This document shows positions 18,141 to 32,320 of a stretch of DNA of 64,000 nt, piece after piece. The notes beneath the pieces were generated by a model. That model ran no database searches. It saw only the letters and a program-made list of their open reading frames with translations, and was not told where the DNA came from. This DNA comes from the human T2T-CHM13v2.0 reference genome, Homo sapiens. Positions within the stretch are counted from its first letter, which is position 1. Every line of letters begins with the position of its first letter. Made by a program: the position numbers and the translations under genes. The stretch is from NCBI RefSeq assembly GCF_009914755.1, contig NC_060937.1. One strand, 5' to 3'.

Positions 18141-21100
18141 AAGATAAAATATCTTCACCTCATTACTGGTAAATGACCAGGATACATGTGGCTAATATGA
18201 AGTCCAAGACAAGGAACAGGGAGCTTGACAGAAACTGAAGTTAGCTGCAACCCCAGAGTGATTTCAAATTTCCCACCAATATTTAATCTTTAAGAGGGTG
18301 GACATAAAATGGGAGTTAAAGCGTTTGTCTCTGTTGTTTCCCAAGGCAATAGCATCACGTACTTGGATAAAGTACCTGTATTTTTACCAGCAGAGGAGAA
18401 ATAAATTAATGATATGAAAAGCTTGATTTCCTTAAACTCCTCAAAAAAGAAGCAGATGTATCTTACGGAAATCAAAATTTTGAAAGCAATGTAAAACTCT
18501 TACGGATCTTGTCTTGGGTTTTGTCATAGTGGAAACTGTTCAGCAGATAGTCAAAATTCAGAAAATAATTGTTTTCATTAAAAAGCATTACTTGAAGGGA
18601 AGTTGGATTCTTTGTAGTAAGCACTTTTTGAGAAAGTGTGAAAAAAAAAAATCACGAGTGCCACAGAAGATACTACCAGGTCTCTTGGCATTTTTTTCCA
18701 CTAAAAGATTAAAAAAGATGAGCACATTTAGTAAAATGGACAAAAATGACCTCCAGGTGGAAATAACTATATTTTTTCACTTTCAAGTCGAACTGTCATT
18801 TCAAAAATATTGCTGCCACTTAAACTGAAAAGTAAAGAATTAAAATATTCCTATAAAAACAGGTGAACCAGGTGCATAGGAAATATAGTTGGCTACAACA
18901 AACCTCCCTATCAGACAGCTGTGCAAATAAAGCATTCTTTCTAAATGTCAGTTCCTGTGTAATATTTTAGTTTCTTTCAGATGACATAATGTATATAAAA
19001 TGACTTGGGAAAATACAAAGGAACATATAAATACAACTTATCAGTGTAATTATTTGGATTCAGCTGATTTGCTATAATATAATTTAATGAAAGTAAAAAG
19101 AATATGCCTAGAAATTTATATGAAAGCTTGAGTGACCAGGAAAAGAAATGCTCCCAAAAGGATTTAAATATCATAGAGTGTACTACCATGTTCATTATAT
19201 CTGTTTAGTATTAATGACCGATTAACAATGAGAAAATGTACTAAAGCAAAATCCCCTTTAAAATAGGTAAGCCCTGCCAAAAGTGTCATTGACATTGAAA
19301 AACTCATATTGAAGTTTAACAAGATGTGTTTACTAGCATTGCAATTAAAAAATACAGTGAGATTAATAAACCATAAACAGAACTCAACACTGAATTATAG
19401 TAATAGCACAATATATTAAAGATACCTATGTATATGTGAGAATATATTCTAAGTATTCTACTTCCCAACCCTGTTAAAACACTACCTAATACAGACATCA
19501 AGTTTACTTCTTTCCCCCAATTCCATTATATTTCTGCATATGACAATACCACTTATCTCAATACCAACTCAATTTCCCCAGACCAACATCAAGCTTATCC
19601 TACTCCTTTTTCACTTTTTTCCCCTTTACTGATGATTTGTTTTTCTTTGAATTTCTATTTAGTCATCCCATCCTACCTATACCTTCTATCTTGTACTCTC
19701 ATTTCCTGTCATCAGAGCTGGCTGGAGATGACCTTCTTAAGATTCTTCTTCCTGATGTTGAAGTTAAAGTTCTTAAATCCTACATTCTAAAACTTCATTT
19801 GCTTCCTGAAAACTCTGTTGAGGATGTTTTCCATTTCCTCTTATCATCTTACACCAGTCTACACACTGCCCTCATTCCACCTACCTAGTCAGTACTAGTC
19901 ACCCCTGTATACAAAACCGCCTCTTCTTCTCTCTAGAAGCCGACATTCTCACTGCTCAGCAGACGACAGGAGTTTTCCTAAGCTGACCCCTTACCCCAGG
20001 GCCACCTTTCTAAACTCAGTCCTGATGATTTCTGCTTTCTGTGAAGTCATTCCTGGCTCTTTCTAGCTTCAGTCATCTTTGCTGCTCCCAGGTTTTCAAA
20101 GACATTTCCCTTCTCTTGCTTGCTATAGTTTCACAGGAAGCCCTGTAGACTGGCTACCCAGAATGGAAGCTTAGTGGAAGAAGACAGCATAATTCCTATA
20201 TCCTGGAATATATGCATTGCTCAATCATTTGTGTTAAGTAGCAGGAGAGTAGGAAATAAAAAGAGATAAAAGAAAGGAAGAGGCCATATACACTACCATT
20301 TTTCTTACTACATATATTAATGTAGCAGTAAAGTGAATCCTGTAATTTTAAATCAATATCTTACTTTAAATCTAAATAGCAAATGCCTTTTGAAAAAAAA
20401 AAACTTCTCATCTTACAGCATAATATGTATATACTTCTAAAAAAATTACTCCTTATAGTAAACAATCTACAAGCCTCTGTCCACAATTATATTTATCTGG
20501 AAGAAAAAAATAAATAAAATTTTCATTAATAGTTCATATATTCCAATATATTTTCTAAGACATGACATTTAAAAAGCAAGGAAATTTTCTGAATGTTTTA
20601 CTGGTAAGAAACTTTTGAATCCATTCTTGTCCAAGGTGAAATAAAACTTTTAAAAATTTTTCTTTCTTAAATCAATCAACACGTCAGACAGACTGTATAA
20701 TTTAGGCATATAATTCTACTTGGGACACTAAAAAGTCTCCGGGAAAGGGAATTTGAAGTTCTCTTAATCTCTATGATTTTTGATCAAATATACATTGCCC
20801 TATTCCTGGGAAGACCCCTTCTCCAGCTGAAATCACAGCACGATCCGTGTGCCTGAGATTTCTTGCTATCTGAGGTTTCAGTTGAAGTCAAAAGGCATTA
20901 AGAATGAAGGATTTAGACAGTACGACATTTCATAATTTATGGTGCATATAAATTTACATTTAATTTTTAAGGACACCAAAGGTAGTCCTAAAATTTTACA
21001 TGTACTAGAGTTTGAAGTCAATGCAAAGATACCTATAATGCGCATGCAATAAAAATAAAGACAAGGGTGGTATATAATTTTGAAAGCATAAAAAAATGCA

Positions 21101-21339
21101 AATGTTATTAATTCAATTCCCATTATGGTCACTTTCATAAGTCCAGGTGGCATTTTCCAAGTGTATTAAAGTGCCAAAGTAGCTCCAAGTTATGAAGAAT
21201 ATATATCACTGCATATGCTGCATAACATGAATTACATACTTGTCAGGGTATCAACTACAGCCTTAATATAGTATGTATATCAAATGAATACTGAACAGAG
21301 TACAAAAGTGCTGTCTACTGAGAATTTTATATATGACTT

Positions 21340-22720
21340 ATTTAATTCATTATATTCTCTTAACTCCATTCTGATTCTCCTCACTATACTATGTTTATGG
21401 GTATTCTTTCATTGTTCTTTATATGTCCTTGTAAAAGGTATATGATCTTAATTACATGTATTCTGATTATATATAAATGGAATTATGCTATAGATTGCAT
21501 TCTGTTTCATACCCTTTTTACTCAATGCTGTGTTTTTCATACTTATTCATGATGCTACAAATACATAAAATCTATTGATTCTAAAACAGCATAGTTTTCT
21601 TTGGAATACATTTTTCATTTCTCATCTCTCCATTCTTTCATGAGGGACTTAGAGTGCTTCCAGCATCTTGCCATGACAGACAATGCTCCAGTGAATATTT
21701 TCATGCATATTTTTGTAGAAGACAGAATTCTAAGATGACCTTCCATGCCGTTGTGTAAATCTCTTCCACTTGAATATGGGCAAGGCTTGTGAACATGATG
21801 AGATTTCATTCCTGTGGTTAGATCACGTTACCAGGCAGAAGGGAAGATATTTTGCATAGGTAGTTCAGGTCCCAAGTAAGTTCATTTTGAATTACTCAAA
21901 AGGGAGATTATTCTGGGAGGGCCTTACTTAATAGGGAGAATGCCCTCCAAAGAGGAACGTGGTCTTTCTTGAAGAACAATTCTGCTGGCCTTGAAAAACC
22001 CAAGTTGCCATGAGTTCGGCAGCTGTGAGCAAACAAATTCTGCCAACAACGACATAAGCTTGGCAAATAACCCTGAGTCTCAGATAAGACCACAGCCCCA
22101 GACAACATATAAATTGCTGCCTTGTGAGAAACTAAGAAGAGGACTTAAGACAAGCACAGACTTCTGACCCACACAAACTGTGAGATAATAAACCTGTGTT
22201 GTTTCAAGCCATCAAAGTAATAGTAATTTGTTCCATGACAATAGAAAATTAGAATATCCTGTTGGAAATGTTTGAGAATCTCCTTAAAATATATATCCCA
22301 AGGGACAGAATTTTGGGGTCATTAGGTACATGTATACTTAGTTTTACCATAAGGGTGTACAATTCCTAGATTCTAACATCAATGCCTACACTTTAATTTT
22401 TTACCAGCATTAACGTATCTCATTAATATATTGTATTTCACTTGTGAGTTTAGGCAAGTTTCATTTGCTTGTTTTTTGTCCTTATTACTTTGAGTTTCTT
22501 CTTCTAGGGGCTGGCTAATTGTTCATATCCTATGCCCTTTAACAAGGCTTATTGACTTTCATTGCCGTTCTGCAGGAGTTTTGGGGGATATTCTAATCCT
22601 CATTAATCATAGACATTTCAAGTATCTTTTCCCTGTCATCTACCCATTAATATTTTCTAGTTAACTTGGAGGTAAATCCTTGCTTTTCATGTCACAGAAT
22701 TCTTTAATATTTTTCTTAAA
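21340..22720 (-). mobile_element. Very old L1 (L1ME-like) fragments flanking an MLT1 LTR
   Basis: atataaatggaattatgctatag...attcatgatgct and later antisense L1-like segments. Confidence 0.5.
21714..22257 (+). mobile_element. MLT1E-family MaLR solo LTR
   Basis: tgtagaagacagaattctaagatgacc start; caaaagggagattattctggg; aactgtgagataataaa...aatagaaaattagaata end. Confidence 0.85.
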
Positions 22721-22764
22721 AAGTATTATTTTGAGAGTGGAGGTTATCATTTGAGTAAAAGTCT

Positions 22765-23965
22765 TTGTAGATTTAATAAGTCTGGGGTCTTATCCATCTA
22801 AAAATCATGTGGGGGAGAGAGAAAGGAGACAGGAGACAGATTAGGAATGACACAGGAGGAATGCAAAGAGAAGGACAGATAACGTTCTGCTTCTGACCTT
22901 CAGAGTAGGATTTTGCATCCAGACAGAAAGCTTTCAAGACATAACTTTTGAAAGACGATTTTTTTAAAAGTATATCCTTGTGGCTATCATTTAACATATA
23001 AGTGGCTAATCCTGATGACATAGACTCAGAACTTTCCCCAAGTGTAGCAAAAATATTTCTGGACATTATTCATGAAGTTGGAAGGAGGCGATGACCTAGA
23101 AGAAAATCTTACAACCTTCCAACCTGAGAGATGTTGGAAAAGAAGGAGAGATAGAGATCAGGTAGGTCAGGCATGTCTTCTTCACGTTTTCCAGTTCTGA
23201 GCTAACTGAGATAACAGTGAGGGAGAGGAATTTCTCTGGCTCCATTTGCAATTTGGGATCCTGGGACCAGGCTGCTTTGCATGTACACGCATGCCAACCT
23301 GAGTTACTGCTGAGACAGCAGGCACAGCTTGCATCATCTTTTTACTTTTCCAAAGTGCCTTCGGTTCCTTGATGACATCATTGGAAGCTACAGTAGCTGA
23401 AAGCCCTGATTGGGAAGTCAACAGAGCCTCTGTAGCACTTACACAGAGGACACAGAACACACCACCAGGACTAAAACTAGATGGAAGAGAGCCAGAAATG
23501 ACAACGGTTGGAGTCAACTGGGAGTGCCAGGAGCCTCAATAAAGAGAGAAAAAGAGAAGAGTCCAAGTTCCACCAAACATTTCCAGATGAAAGGACACAT
23601 GAGACACTGAGGGAGCTACAAGTTACCACACCTAAGGATTTCAGTCCTTCCCCTGTTACCTCAGGATCCATACATTACACACACCTCCAACCAAATAGGC
23701 AAAGCATAGAGAAAGAAACAGGCAAAGCTCACATCTGGAAGACTGAGTATTCCTGTCCAGTCATCCAGACCAAAAGAAGTGCAGCACCACCAAACCAGAC
23801 TGTTTCAATTAAATGCTATCTGTCCATCCCCCCTCACCCTATCTCCAAACCAGATGCTGGGAATTCAGAAAGACGACTACGTAGATTACACAAAATAAAG
23901 AAGCTGCTCCCCCACCACACCCCACACACCTGCATGGTGGTGTGCCTTAAACATTCCACCCTGTT
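22765..23965 (+). mobile_element. Ancient long LTR-like element (possibly LTR78 family)
   Basis: ~1.2 kb GC-richer, purine-rich block starting tgtagatttaataagtctggggtcttatccatctaaaaatcatgtgggg with AATAAA near its 3' end; family assignment from memory only. Confidence 0.4.
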
Positions 23966-24464
23966 TTATGTAAATGTGAAGGGACTCAGAGATTGTGACC
24001 ACTTAGTGTTAAAACATTTTTGTTTTTACTTGGTTATTTTAAGTTAGCTATTCATATCAATGTCTTCTTTCTTGAAGTCAGTTAAATAATACTTGAAACT
24101 TCCAGATGTTTCACCCTATGTTGACACGTTTACCCAATTATATGCAAAACATCTGGCTGGCTGGCTATATTTCGCACTTGTTCACTGTATGTTTGATGTG
24201 ATATAGATTCAGACAAACATTTAGAAACATCACCATATAATCCAATGCAGCTGAAGATCATTGAATGCCACCCCGGACCTCCTGGACCTCCATTTGTCTT
24301 GTGACATCCTTTAGTGGAACATGAGCATACACCATAGGAAAATTGAGCTCAAGTCCACTATGAGGAGGATCACAGGGTTCTGCTGGTACCTTGAGAAAGT
24401 TAGCATAGTGTTCCGCCTCACATTCAAAGACGTCCACTAAAATTTCATAAGCACAGCATTACAT

Positions 24465-24697
24465 GGACAGACAGAGTGGCATAATAAACACTGGAGACTC
24501 CAAAAGATAGGAGGTTAGAAGGGAGTTGGGGGATGAAATACTGCCTGTTGGATACAATGCACACTATTCGGGTGATGAATACACGAAAAGCTTAGACTTC
24601 GCCACCACGCAATACATCCATGTTACATCCATGTAACACAATTGCACTTGTATCCCTAAATCCACAAAAATAAACCATTTTTAAAAATGAAATAAAA
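24465..24697 (+). mobile_element. L1PB-like 3' end
   Basis: ggtgatgaatacacgaaaagcttagacttcgccaccacgcaatacatccatg followed by A-rich tail. Confidence 0.8.
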
Positions 24698-27274
24698 TGC
24701 ACCCTCCCGAGACGTTTACTATGCAGAGCCACCTTCTCATACAGCAAAGAATCTAAGTTAGGAATGGAAACAGATGTAATGTATGTCTACGCAAAGCACT
24801 GCAGCCATGCTCTCAAGAGACTAGGAATGCCCATATGTCAAGATCTATGTTCAGAAGACTCAAAGAGAATTGTCACATTGCCACAATACATTTTCTGAAG
24901 CAGAAATCATTTTACTTAAGATATCTGATGTGAGAGACCAAAGGTATTTCTAGAAGATGAGTTTGTTCAGATAAAACAAGTTACTGCCATAAAGGTGACA
25001 AGTCAAATATCATAAAGTATTATTTCCAATTAAGACATGTTTAAGTTTTATCAGAAGGTATTCAGACAGACTCACTACAGAAATCATTAAAGATTCATTT
25101 ACTGTTTTCTGAATTGCTGAATGTAGTCATGGAGTTAAATCTCAAATTTATTATTATGAAATATTTGTTTAACCAGAGTGTGGTTTCTGCAGAACAAAAT
25201 CATATGACAGCCCCCTTAGGTCTTATCTTCTATTAGTCAAAACAGAATACAATTCTCAGTGGAGACATTTTAATCCCACAGTATTTTTATCCATTGCTGT
25301 CTCTAGAACTAAATATCTTTGAGAAATTAATGCAAATATAAATGGCATTCAAATGCAAAAAAGTGTATATAAAATATTTTAGGGCTTTAAATTCTAAATG
25401 GATAACTCACAGCTGTCTATCAATCATTAGAGTCAAATCTCTATTATTTTCCTTATTTCATACCTTCATGATTCTTTTAAATACAGAAAATATTGAGGAA
25501 AAGAAAACTGCCAAAAGTAGATAGAGAAAAGATTGCTAAGCAGTATAAAAGTAGTGGAAAATCTTCCTGTCAAATTAATTTTCAAAACTTTTAAGTTATT
25601 TTTATGGCCTCCCTCTATTGCAAGTTACCATTTTTGGGTCAATCCAAGGTATAAAGAAAACGAGTCATGCTGGTACTTGGAGCATTAAGGTTAATGTCAA
25701 AAACAAGTCAAGAAAATTCAAACTGAGACTTTCATGACCTCATAACTACCAGAGGAGCCACTGTTTCTAACTGAATATGCAACTGACCCTCTAAATTTGA
25801 TTAATGATGTGTGCTTGCATAAACGTCCCTGGCTATGTCATAATTCCTATTTTATGTCTTAAATCTAATTAATCATTTTCCACATTGTTTTTTTTCGTGT
25901 TTTGTGCCTAAGTTAAGAATGATCTATCATAGCCAAAAATAAATTGAAATAGGATGTGCTGGAAATATTTGATGCATATCCTTGGATCCTACAAAATTCA
26001 CTTTACAATATGCTTTTACATTTCCAGATTTTTTTCCTATAGGAGAGTTCAGGGGCTTGGTTCACATGATTACCCAGTCAAAACTCATACCTCAGTCTTC
26101 ATTCTGAACTATCAGTGGTCCTGAAGTTAAAGATGTTTCTGAATATTACCTCAAAAGAGACACACCAGAATTTTTCCTTGCTTTCATATGTCTTTTATTT
26201 CCAGAATAATAATGAGAATAAACCACATTCAGAAAGCCAAGTCTATATTTAAATGTTCAGAACACTGATACTTAAAGCATGGGATTTTTTTTAAAAAAGC
26301 TTTATATTATAAAGGAGTTGTATTTATGGAGAATTATTAGAAGCCACTCTTTCAAGATGATTTCATTTTGGCCACACTTGGCATCCTATGAAATGGGAAA
26401 AAATTTAAATAATTTTTTAACTTAAAAGACGTTAGGCTATGAAATAATAAGAAATTTGAATTCTGCAAGTATCAACCGCAGATAATTTTTAAAATGTGGT
26501 TAATCTGTTTTAGGGTAAATTGGAAAAGAGTTCTCTCAGAAAAGCAGAACATATTTAACTTGGAGAAAGAAAAACTGCCTATTTATTTTTAAATAATAGT
26601 TTTCTGTTTCAGAGCAGTGGTACTTGGCTGTTTCAAAGTAGATCTGTTTGATTACAAATCCAAGGAAAATGTTCTGAGAACAGTAACTTGTTTGCTCTAG
26701 GTTTAGAGCTTGATGTAAGCCCCATTCGGCTGGTGAAAGCTTACTTTCACAAAGATTTTGTGTTAGCAAATAACACTCGGAAATGATCCCAGTGAGAAAA
26801 TTATACAAAGTCGTATTCATGGCTAGGCTTGGCTTGAATCAGTAAAATGATAAAATCAAATTCCTGTTACCCTGTATTAGGTGTGCAGATTTTAATTACT
26901 CCAAATTAGGAGAAATTATCATTCTTGCACTTGAAGAGACCTATTTTAATAAAACATGACTCTTTTCATGCTAATTTAAATTTTTTTATACTTGAACCAC
27001 ATGTATCATATTGAGATTATTTATTCCAAAAGAAAATTATTTAAATCATATTTCTTGTTCCATAATACTTTATTACAACATTACTCCCATTTTCAGATTG
27101 TAAACTCCATTAACTAAGAATCCTCCTCTTACACATCTTAATATTTGAAGAAGTTATCAGGATTATTGGACAGTTTTCAGTGATTATTCAATTATTAAGT
27201 TACTCTATTAGCAGTCTTTGTATGAAGACATCATAGAATCATAGAGACAAAGACTTTAATAGTCTTGACTCTTT

Positions 27275-27650
27275 GAGTTGCAAGAAACAAAAAGCATTAG
27301 CTCAAGCAAATAAAGAACATATTGATTCCATGTGATAGAAAAGCCCACAAAGATGTCTGACTTCAGGTGTGTCTGGATCCAGGAGCTCCAATAATGTTAT
27401 CTGAGCTCTCTCTGTATTTCTAAGATACGATTTTCTTTCCCTGTTGATTGCCTTCCCATTTTCAGTGGTTTCTTCCATGTGGCCAAGTAAGGTGGTCATA
27501 AATAGCATCAGTAAATTACCCTTACAATTTATGTGCACAAAGTAATGATGATTGTGTTTTTGAGACCTGAGCAGAAAAGTACTCTGATTGGCCTTGTTTG
27601 AAACATGCACTCATCCCTAAATCCATTAATGTACAGGTATATGGGCTTAC
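27275..27650 (-). mobile_element. Old MLT1 (J/K/L-like) LTR fragment
   Basis: gttgcaagaaacaaaaa...gacttcaggtgtgtctggatccaggagctc. Confidence 0.55.
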
Positions 27651-28392
27651 CAATCATATATGTTCTTTACTAAAGCACTCCTAGAATTTATTCATTCTAT
27701 TTTTTTCAATGAAAAAACTGAGGCCAGGAAATGAATGACTTAAAGAATGTCACAAAGTAAGTTAGTAGCATATTTAGACAATGCTAAAATAATTTTAATG
27801 ATGGTCTAGATAAAAAAATAGAATCTCAAAAGGATATAGGAGGAGATCATTAGTATTTAACTATATTGACATACACGTTTAAAACGTTAACTTACTTAAA
27901 CATAAAGCTCAAAGAAACTGTGAGTTTTCAAAGATCAACATGGCATTTGTCTGCCTGAATTTCTTAAGGAATTCTTCTTGAGTTTGGCATTAATTTGGGC
28001 ATCCATAAAGATGGAAGAACTAAAAACTAGAACACAAATTCTACAAACTCAGTGGAGTAACTTTCCAACCAGATATGTAATGGATTTCCTGGAGATTACT
28101 GAAATAAAAATATTTTTCTTTGTATTTCTAATATTTTTTAAAACTTCTTACTAATCTTTTTAAAATAGACTACTGCTATTACAAGGTTTTTAAGAAAGGA
28201 GTTACTGTATCTTAATGTACTCATTATCACCTTGGTGAAAATGCTGCTTAGTGCAGTTAAGAAGTCTACACATTTTAGAACCTGCTCATTCCTCTTGGTA
28301 CCCCTTGACTCCCTTACCTCCTCATTTACTCCAACCCAAATTTCCCATGGCTTGGAGGATGCAAAGTGGCTTCCAAAAATACCCACAATTTT

Positions 28393-28693
28393 GGCCTGGC
28401 ATGGTGGCTCACACCTGTAGTCCCCGCACTTTGGGAGACCAAGGTGGGCAGATCACTTGAGGTCAGGAGTTCGAGACCAGCCTGGCCAACATGGTAAAAC
28501 CCTGTCTCTAATAAAAATACAAAAATTAGCTGGGCATGGTAGCAGGTGCCTATAATCCCAGCTACTTGGAAGGCTGAGGCAGAAGAATCACTTGAACCCA
28601 GGAGGCGGAGGTTGCAGTGAGCCGAGACTGCCAAAGCACTTCAGCCTGGGTGACAGAGTGAGACTGCGTCTCAAAACAAACAAAACAAAACAA
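28393..28693 (+). mobile_element. AluSx-like with (CAAA/CAAAA)n tail
   Basis: 17-bp perfect TSD aaaaatacccacaattt (28375-28391 / 28694-28710). Confidence 0.96.
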
Positions 28694-29154
28694 AAAAATA
28701 CCCACAATTTAGCACAGTGAGATACATCTAACAATGAAGTAGAGACTACTGGAAATTAAAATAAAAGCTGGGTTTGAGTTAATATATAAAATGTATTCCT
28801 TTGAAACCTAGCATCTTTGAGAGAGGTCAGATAGATATTTCAATTTGAGCTTTTCAGAAGCCAACAGAAAGAGGGAGGCTAGATTACTTACTTATATGAT
28901 TCACAGCATCTATATAAGTAAAAGGAAACCAGCTGTCCCTTGTGACTAATGTAATAGGGTGAACACAACCTCCTAAGAAGTTAAACAATATGCAAGATGA
29001 TAGCGTAACACCCAAGCAGATTTCAGATAAACAAATTGATATAGATAGAGTCAAAGTGTTGTCATCCAAATACCTAGTTCTCTGACAATCTGTTTAACTG
29101 TGGAATAGATTTTAGAAAATCTGCATAAATAGATAATATATATATTCTTCACTC

Positions 29155-29815
29155 ACTTGTTCATTAATGCATTCATTCTTTGAAAAATTGATGTTTTTCT
29201 TTATCCTCTGCACTGTGAAATATGGCAATAAAAAGATACAGCTGTCCTTGTTCTATCTTAAACTGATTGTGTCAGAGCTGATACAGATACTATTCACATT
29301 TTTATAATGCAATGTTATTTGTATTTTATTGTAATACTTATTATGGAAATACATGGTATTATGGGACATTATTGCAGAAAATGCTAAGCTAGACAAGGAG
29401 ATCACAGACAGCCTCACAGGTTGGCAAGGGTAAAAGATGAGAGAGGGAAGGTGATGATTGTTCCAAGCACAGGGAATAGCATGTGACTATAAAGCTTTAA
29501 CATAATTAAAGGAAATTTAGTATATCCGTAAGAGTTAACGTTAGAGAGAGAGGCAGGAACAAGATTATAGAAGGCTTTGTAAAACATAAGAAGAAGTTTG
29601 GATTTCATCCAAAGATAAATAGAACTCACTGAAGGATGTTAAGTAGTAGGACAATATAATCTGATTTGAATTTTTGTTGCCCTAGCTCAGAAGTCAGGAA
29701 AGCACCAATAATGGTCTGGATTAGGGTAATGGCAGTAGGACTGGACAGGTGTGGATAGATTCAAGAGACAGAAAACAAATTTAGCGAGACTCCGTGATTG
29801 ATTGGAGAGGAGGAA
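29155..29815 (-). mobile_element. L2 fragment
   Basis: ttccaagcacagggaatagcatgtg...gaagtttggatttcatcc antisense L2 motifs. Confidence 0.65.
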
Positions 29816-31079
29816 TAGGAAGATTTCACTTCCTGGCAGCTAATAAATGAAAAACACTTTGTCTATTAACACAATACCTAATTCATGAAATAAAGCCTTG
29901 TCATTTATTCACAAGATAATTATTTTTATTTTCTCTTTCAATGGTAAGAAAAAACTTTGCATATTTTACTCCAACCTGTTAAAAAATGGTAATTTATAAG
30001 ATTTTAAAAGCGGAACTGAAGTGTACCACTGTTTTATCCCAATGGGTATTGTTACACAATTCATCCAAAAATTGCTTCTACTAACTCTGACTTCCAAACT
30101 CATATTAAGGGGAAAGTTACTCACAAGCATCAGTAACATGTATCTAGATAGAAATTATAAAGTTAGACTATAATCAAGTACTTTCCCACAGAGTCAAAGG
30201 ATGAGAGTTCAATAAATGCTTCAAAAAATCAATACAATTCCTAATAGATTGCTTCACAGGTTGACAAAGAGTGTGGCAGTGATGAATATGAGAATATCTC
30301 TTCCTAACGTCTAATGTCTGTTCTCCCACATGCAATGTTGGCCTGAGAGACCCCAAATTACAAACTACAAAAAAGAAAATGTACATGTATTTTAGAGAAA
30401 ATGTATAAAGAGATAATTGGTATCTAATGTGAAGCTATCTCTTTGGAAAGTGAAGTGACTATACTGCTGATCCAGCCACTAAGGGCCATAGTGTAAAGTT
30501 GGTTTAAAGGGTAAAAGTTGACAAGAATCGAACTTACCATTCAGAACAAAAGACAGGGAATCTTCCTTGGCACATCTTCTATTGTTAGATTTTTAAATCA
30601 ACTGTATTTATTAGTCATGACTAAAAGATGAGAATAAGAAAAAATCTTGCCCCTGTCAATTTCTTCTCTCTCGAGCTTGGTTTGTAAAGCTGAGAAAATA
30701 ATCTTAATGTCAACCAAGAGTTGAGCCTCCAAATTTTTACTCACCAAATGAGTATCTCAGGTAATCCATACTACAGAATGTTTTTATTTTCAGATTTATT
30801 ACCAAATTATACCCTCCCACATGAATAATTTTTTCAAAGCCTAGGTTCTTATTTTAATATTGTTTTCCTAAACACACTTGCATTAATATGATTTTATATA
30901 AATTCATAAATATGATTGTATAAAGTGTAATTATTATTATATTCTAATTTTGCTGTTTCTTTCTGACTTCGATACCGCATCTTTTATTTTACTACTTACC
31001 TTCCTTCACTCAGGTAAAATTCTCCAAATTTCTTCTATCCTTAAATAATAATACACAAGCATCAACAGAGATCAGCTTT

Positions 31080-32320
31080 GTTTTGTAAAAATGGAAACAT
31101 GTTTTTCTGTATCTTGATTTTCTCAGTCAATAGCAACTTAAGGAAAGCTCTCCAAATTAACCTGGTTGGCTCCTATTCATTACTTTTAATGACTGCGTAA
31201 TATTTCATACTATTATTGTATCATAATTTAAGAATTTCACTACTGAAGGATATGAACTTTGTATTCTGTAGTGGTTTATGTTTTAATTTGTTGTCACTGT
31301 GTAACATATTGCAACAAACATGTTTGTAAAGAGATCCTTATTTCATAGTACTTCTATTTCTATGAAATATTTTCTAACTGATTCACATAACCTAGTTAAC
31401 ATATATTTTAAAATATATAGAATATTTAGTATCATGAGACTCTTAAAGCTCAAATGCTCAACATCTTCACCAGAAATAAGATCCATGACACCCCTCTTGC
31501 CTGTATCCCCATCAGCAATATGTGTATCTTGTGTATGTTACTGTAAATCTGATTGATATGAAATGCTATGGTAACTAATTTTCACTTCCCTAAATTACAG
31601 TGAGTCTGAACATTTTTGTCATATATAGTATTCTGTGATATCTGGATAGGTTCTCATTAATTTCCTCTTCATGTCTTGTCTCCACTGTTTATTGAATCAC
31701 TTGACTTTTTTTTGTCAATTGCAGGGATGATTTTTATTTTGACATCTTTCCTCTGCAGTGAAATATTTTCCAAAATTACTTTTGTTTATCAACTTTAAGT
31801 ATAATTTGCCATACAAAAGTTTTTAGTGTTTGTATTTTCATATAGAATATCTTTTTTATAGCTTATTTTTTCTAGTTTTATTCAATATTGTCCTCTTATC
31901 ACTAGACTCTACATGTGTTCTTCAAAATTTTCTTGCAGGATTTTTATTGTTTACATTTTTACATAAAGTTGTATTCCATCTGGAATTTGTTTCTAAATAT
32001 TATGCAAGATTAGGATCCAAATTTATTTTCTTCCAGATGGATAGTCAATTGTTCCAGAACCAGTCATTTAAAGATTCATCTTACTAACAACAACAAAAAA
32101 ATCATCTTATTCTCACTAGCCTAAAATAGAATTTTATTAAGTTGTCAAAACACATGGGTATTTAATTCTGTACCACTTGTCTGTTTATGACATACAAATT
32201 TAGTTATACTGGTTATACAGTATGCTCAGATACCCAATAAGGCACTTCTCTAATCTGTTTTGGTTTTTTGTGTGCTTTCTCAACTATATTTATGCAGTTA
32301 TTTCCCTAATGATATTTTTG
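31080..32320 (-). mobile_element. Highly decayed L1M fragments
   Basis: ttccatctggaatttgtt...cagatggatagtcaattgttccagaacca antisense ORF2 3' motifs. Confidence 0.55.
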
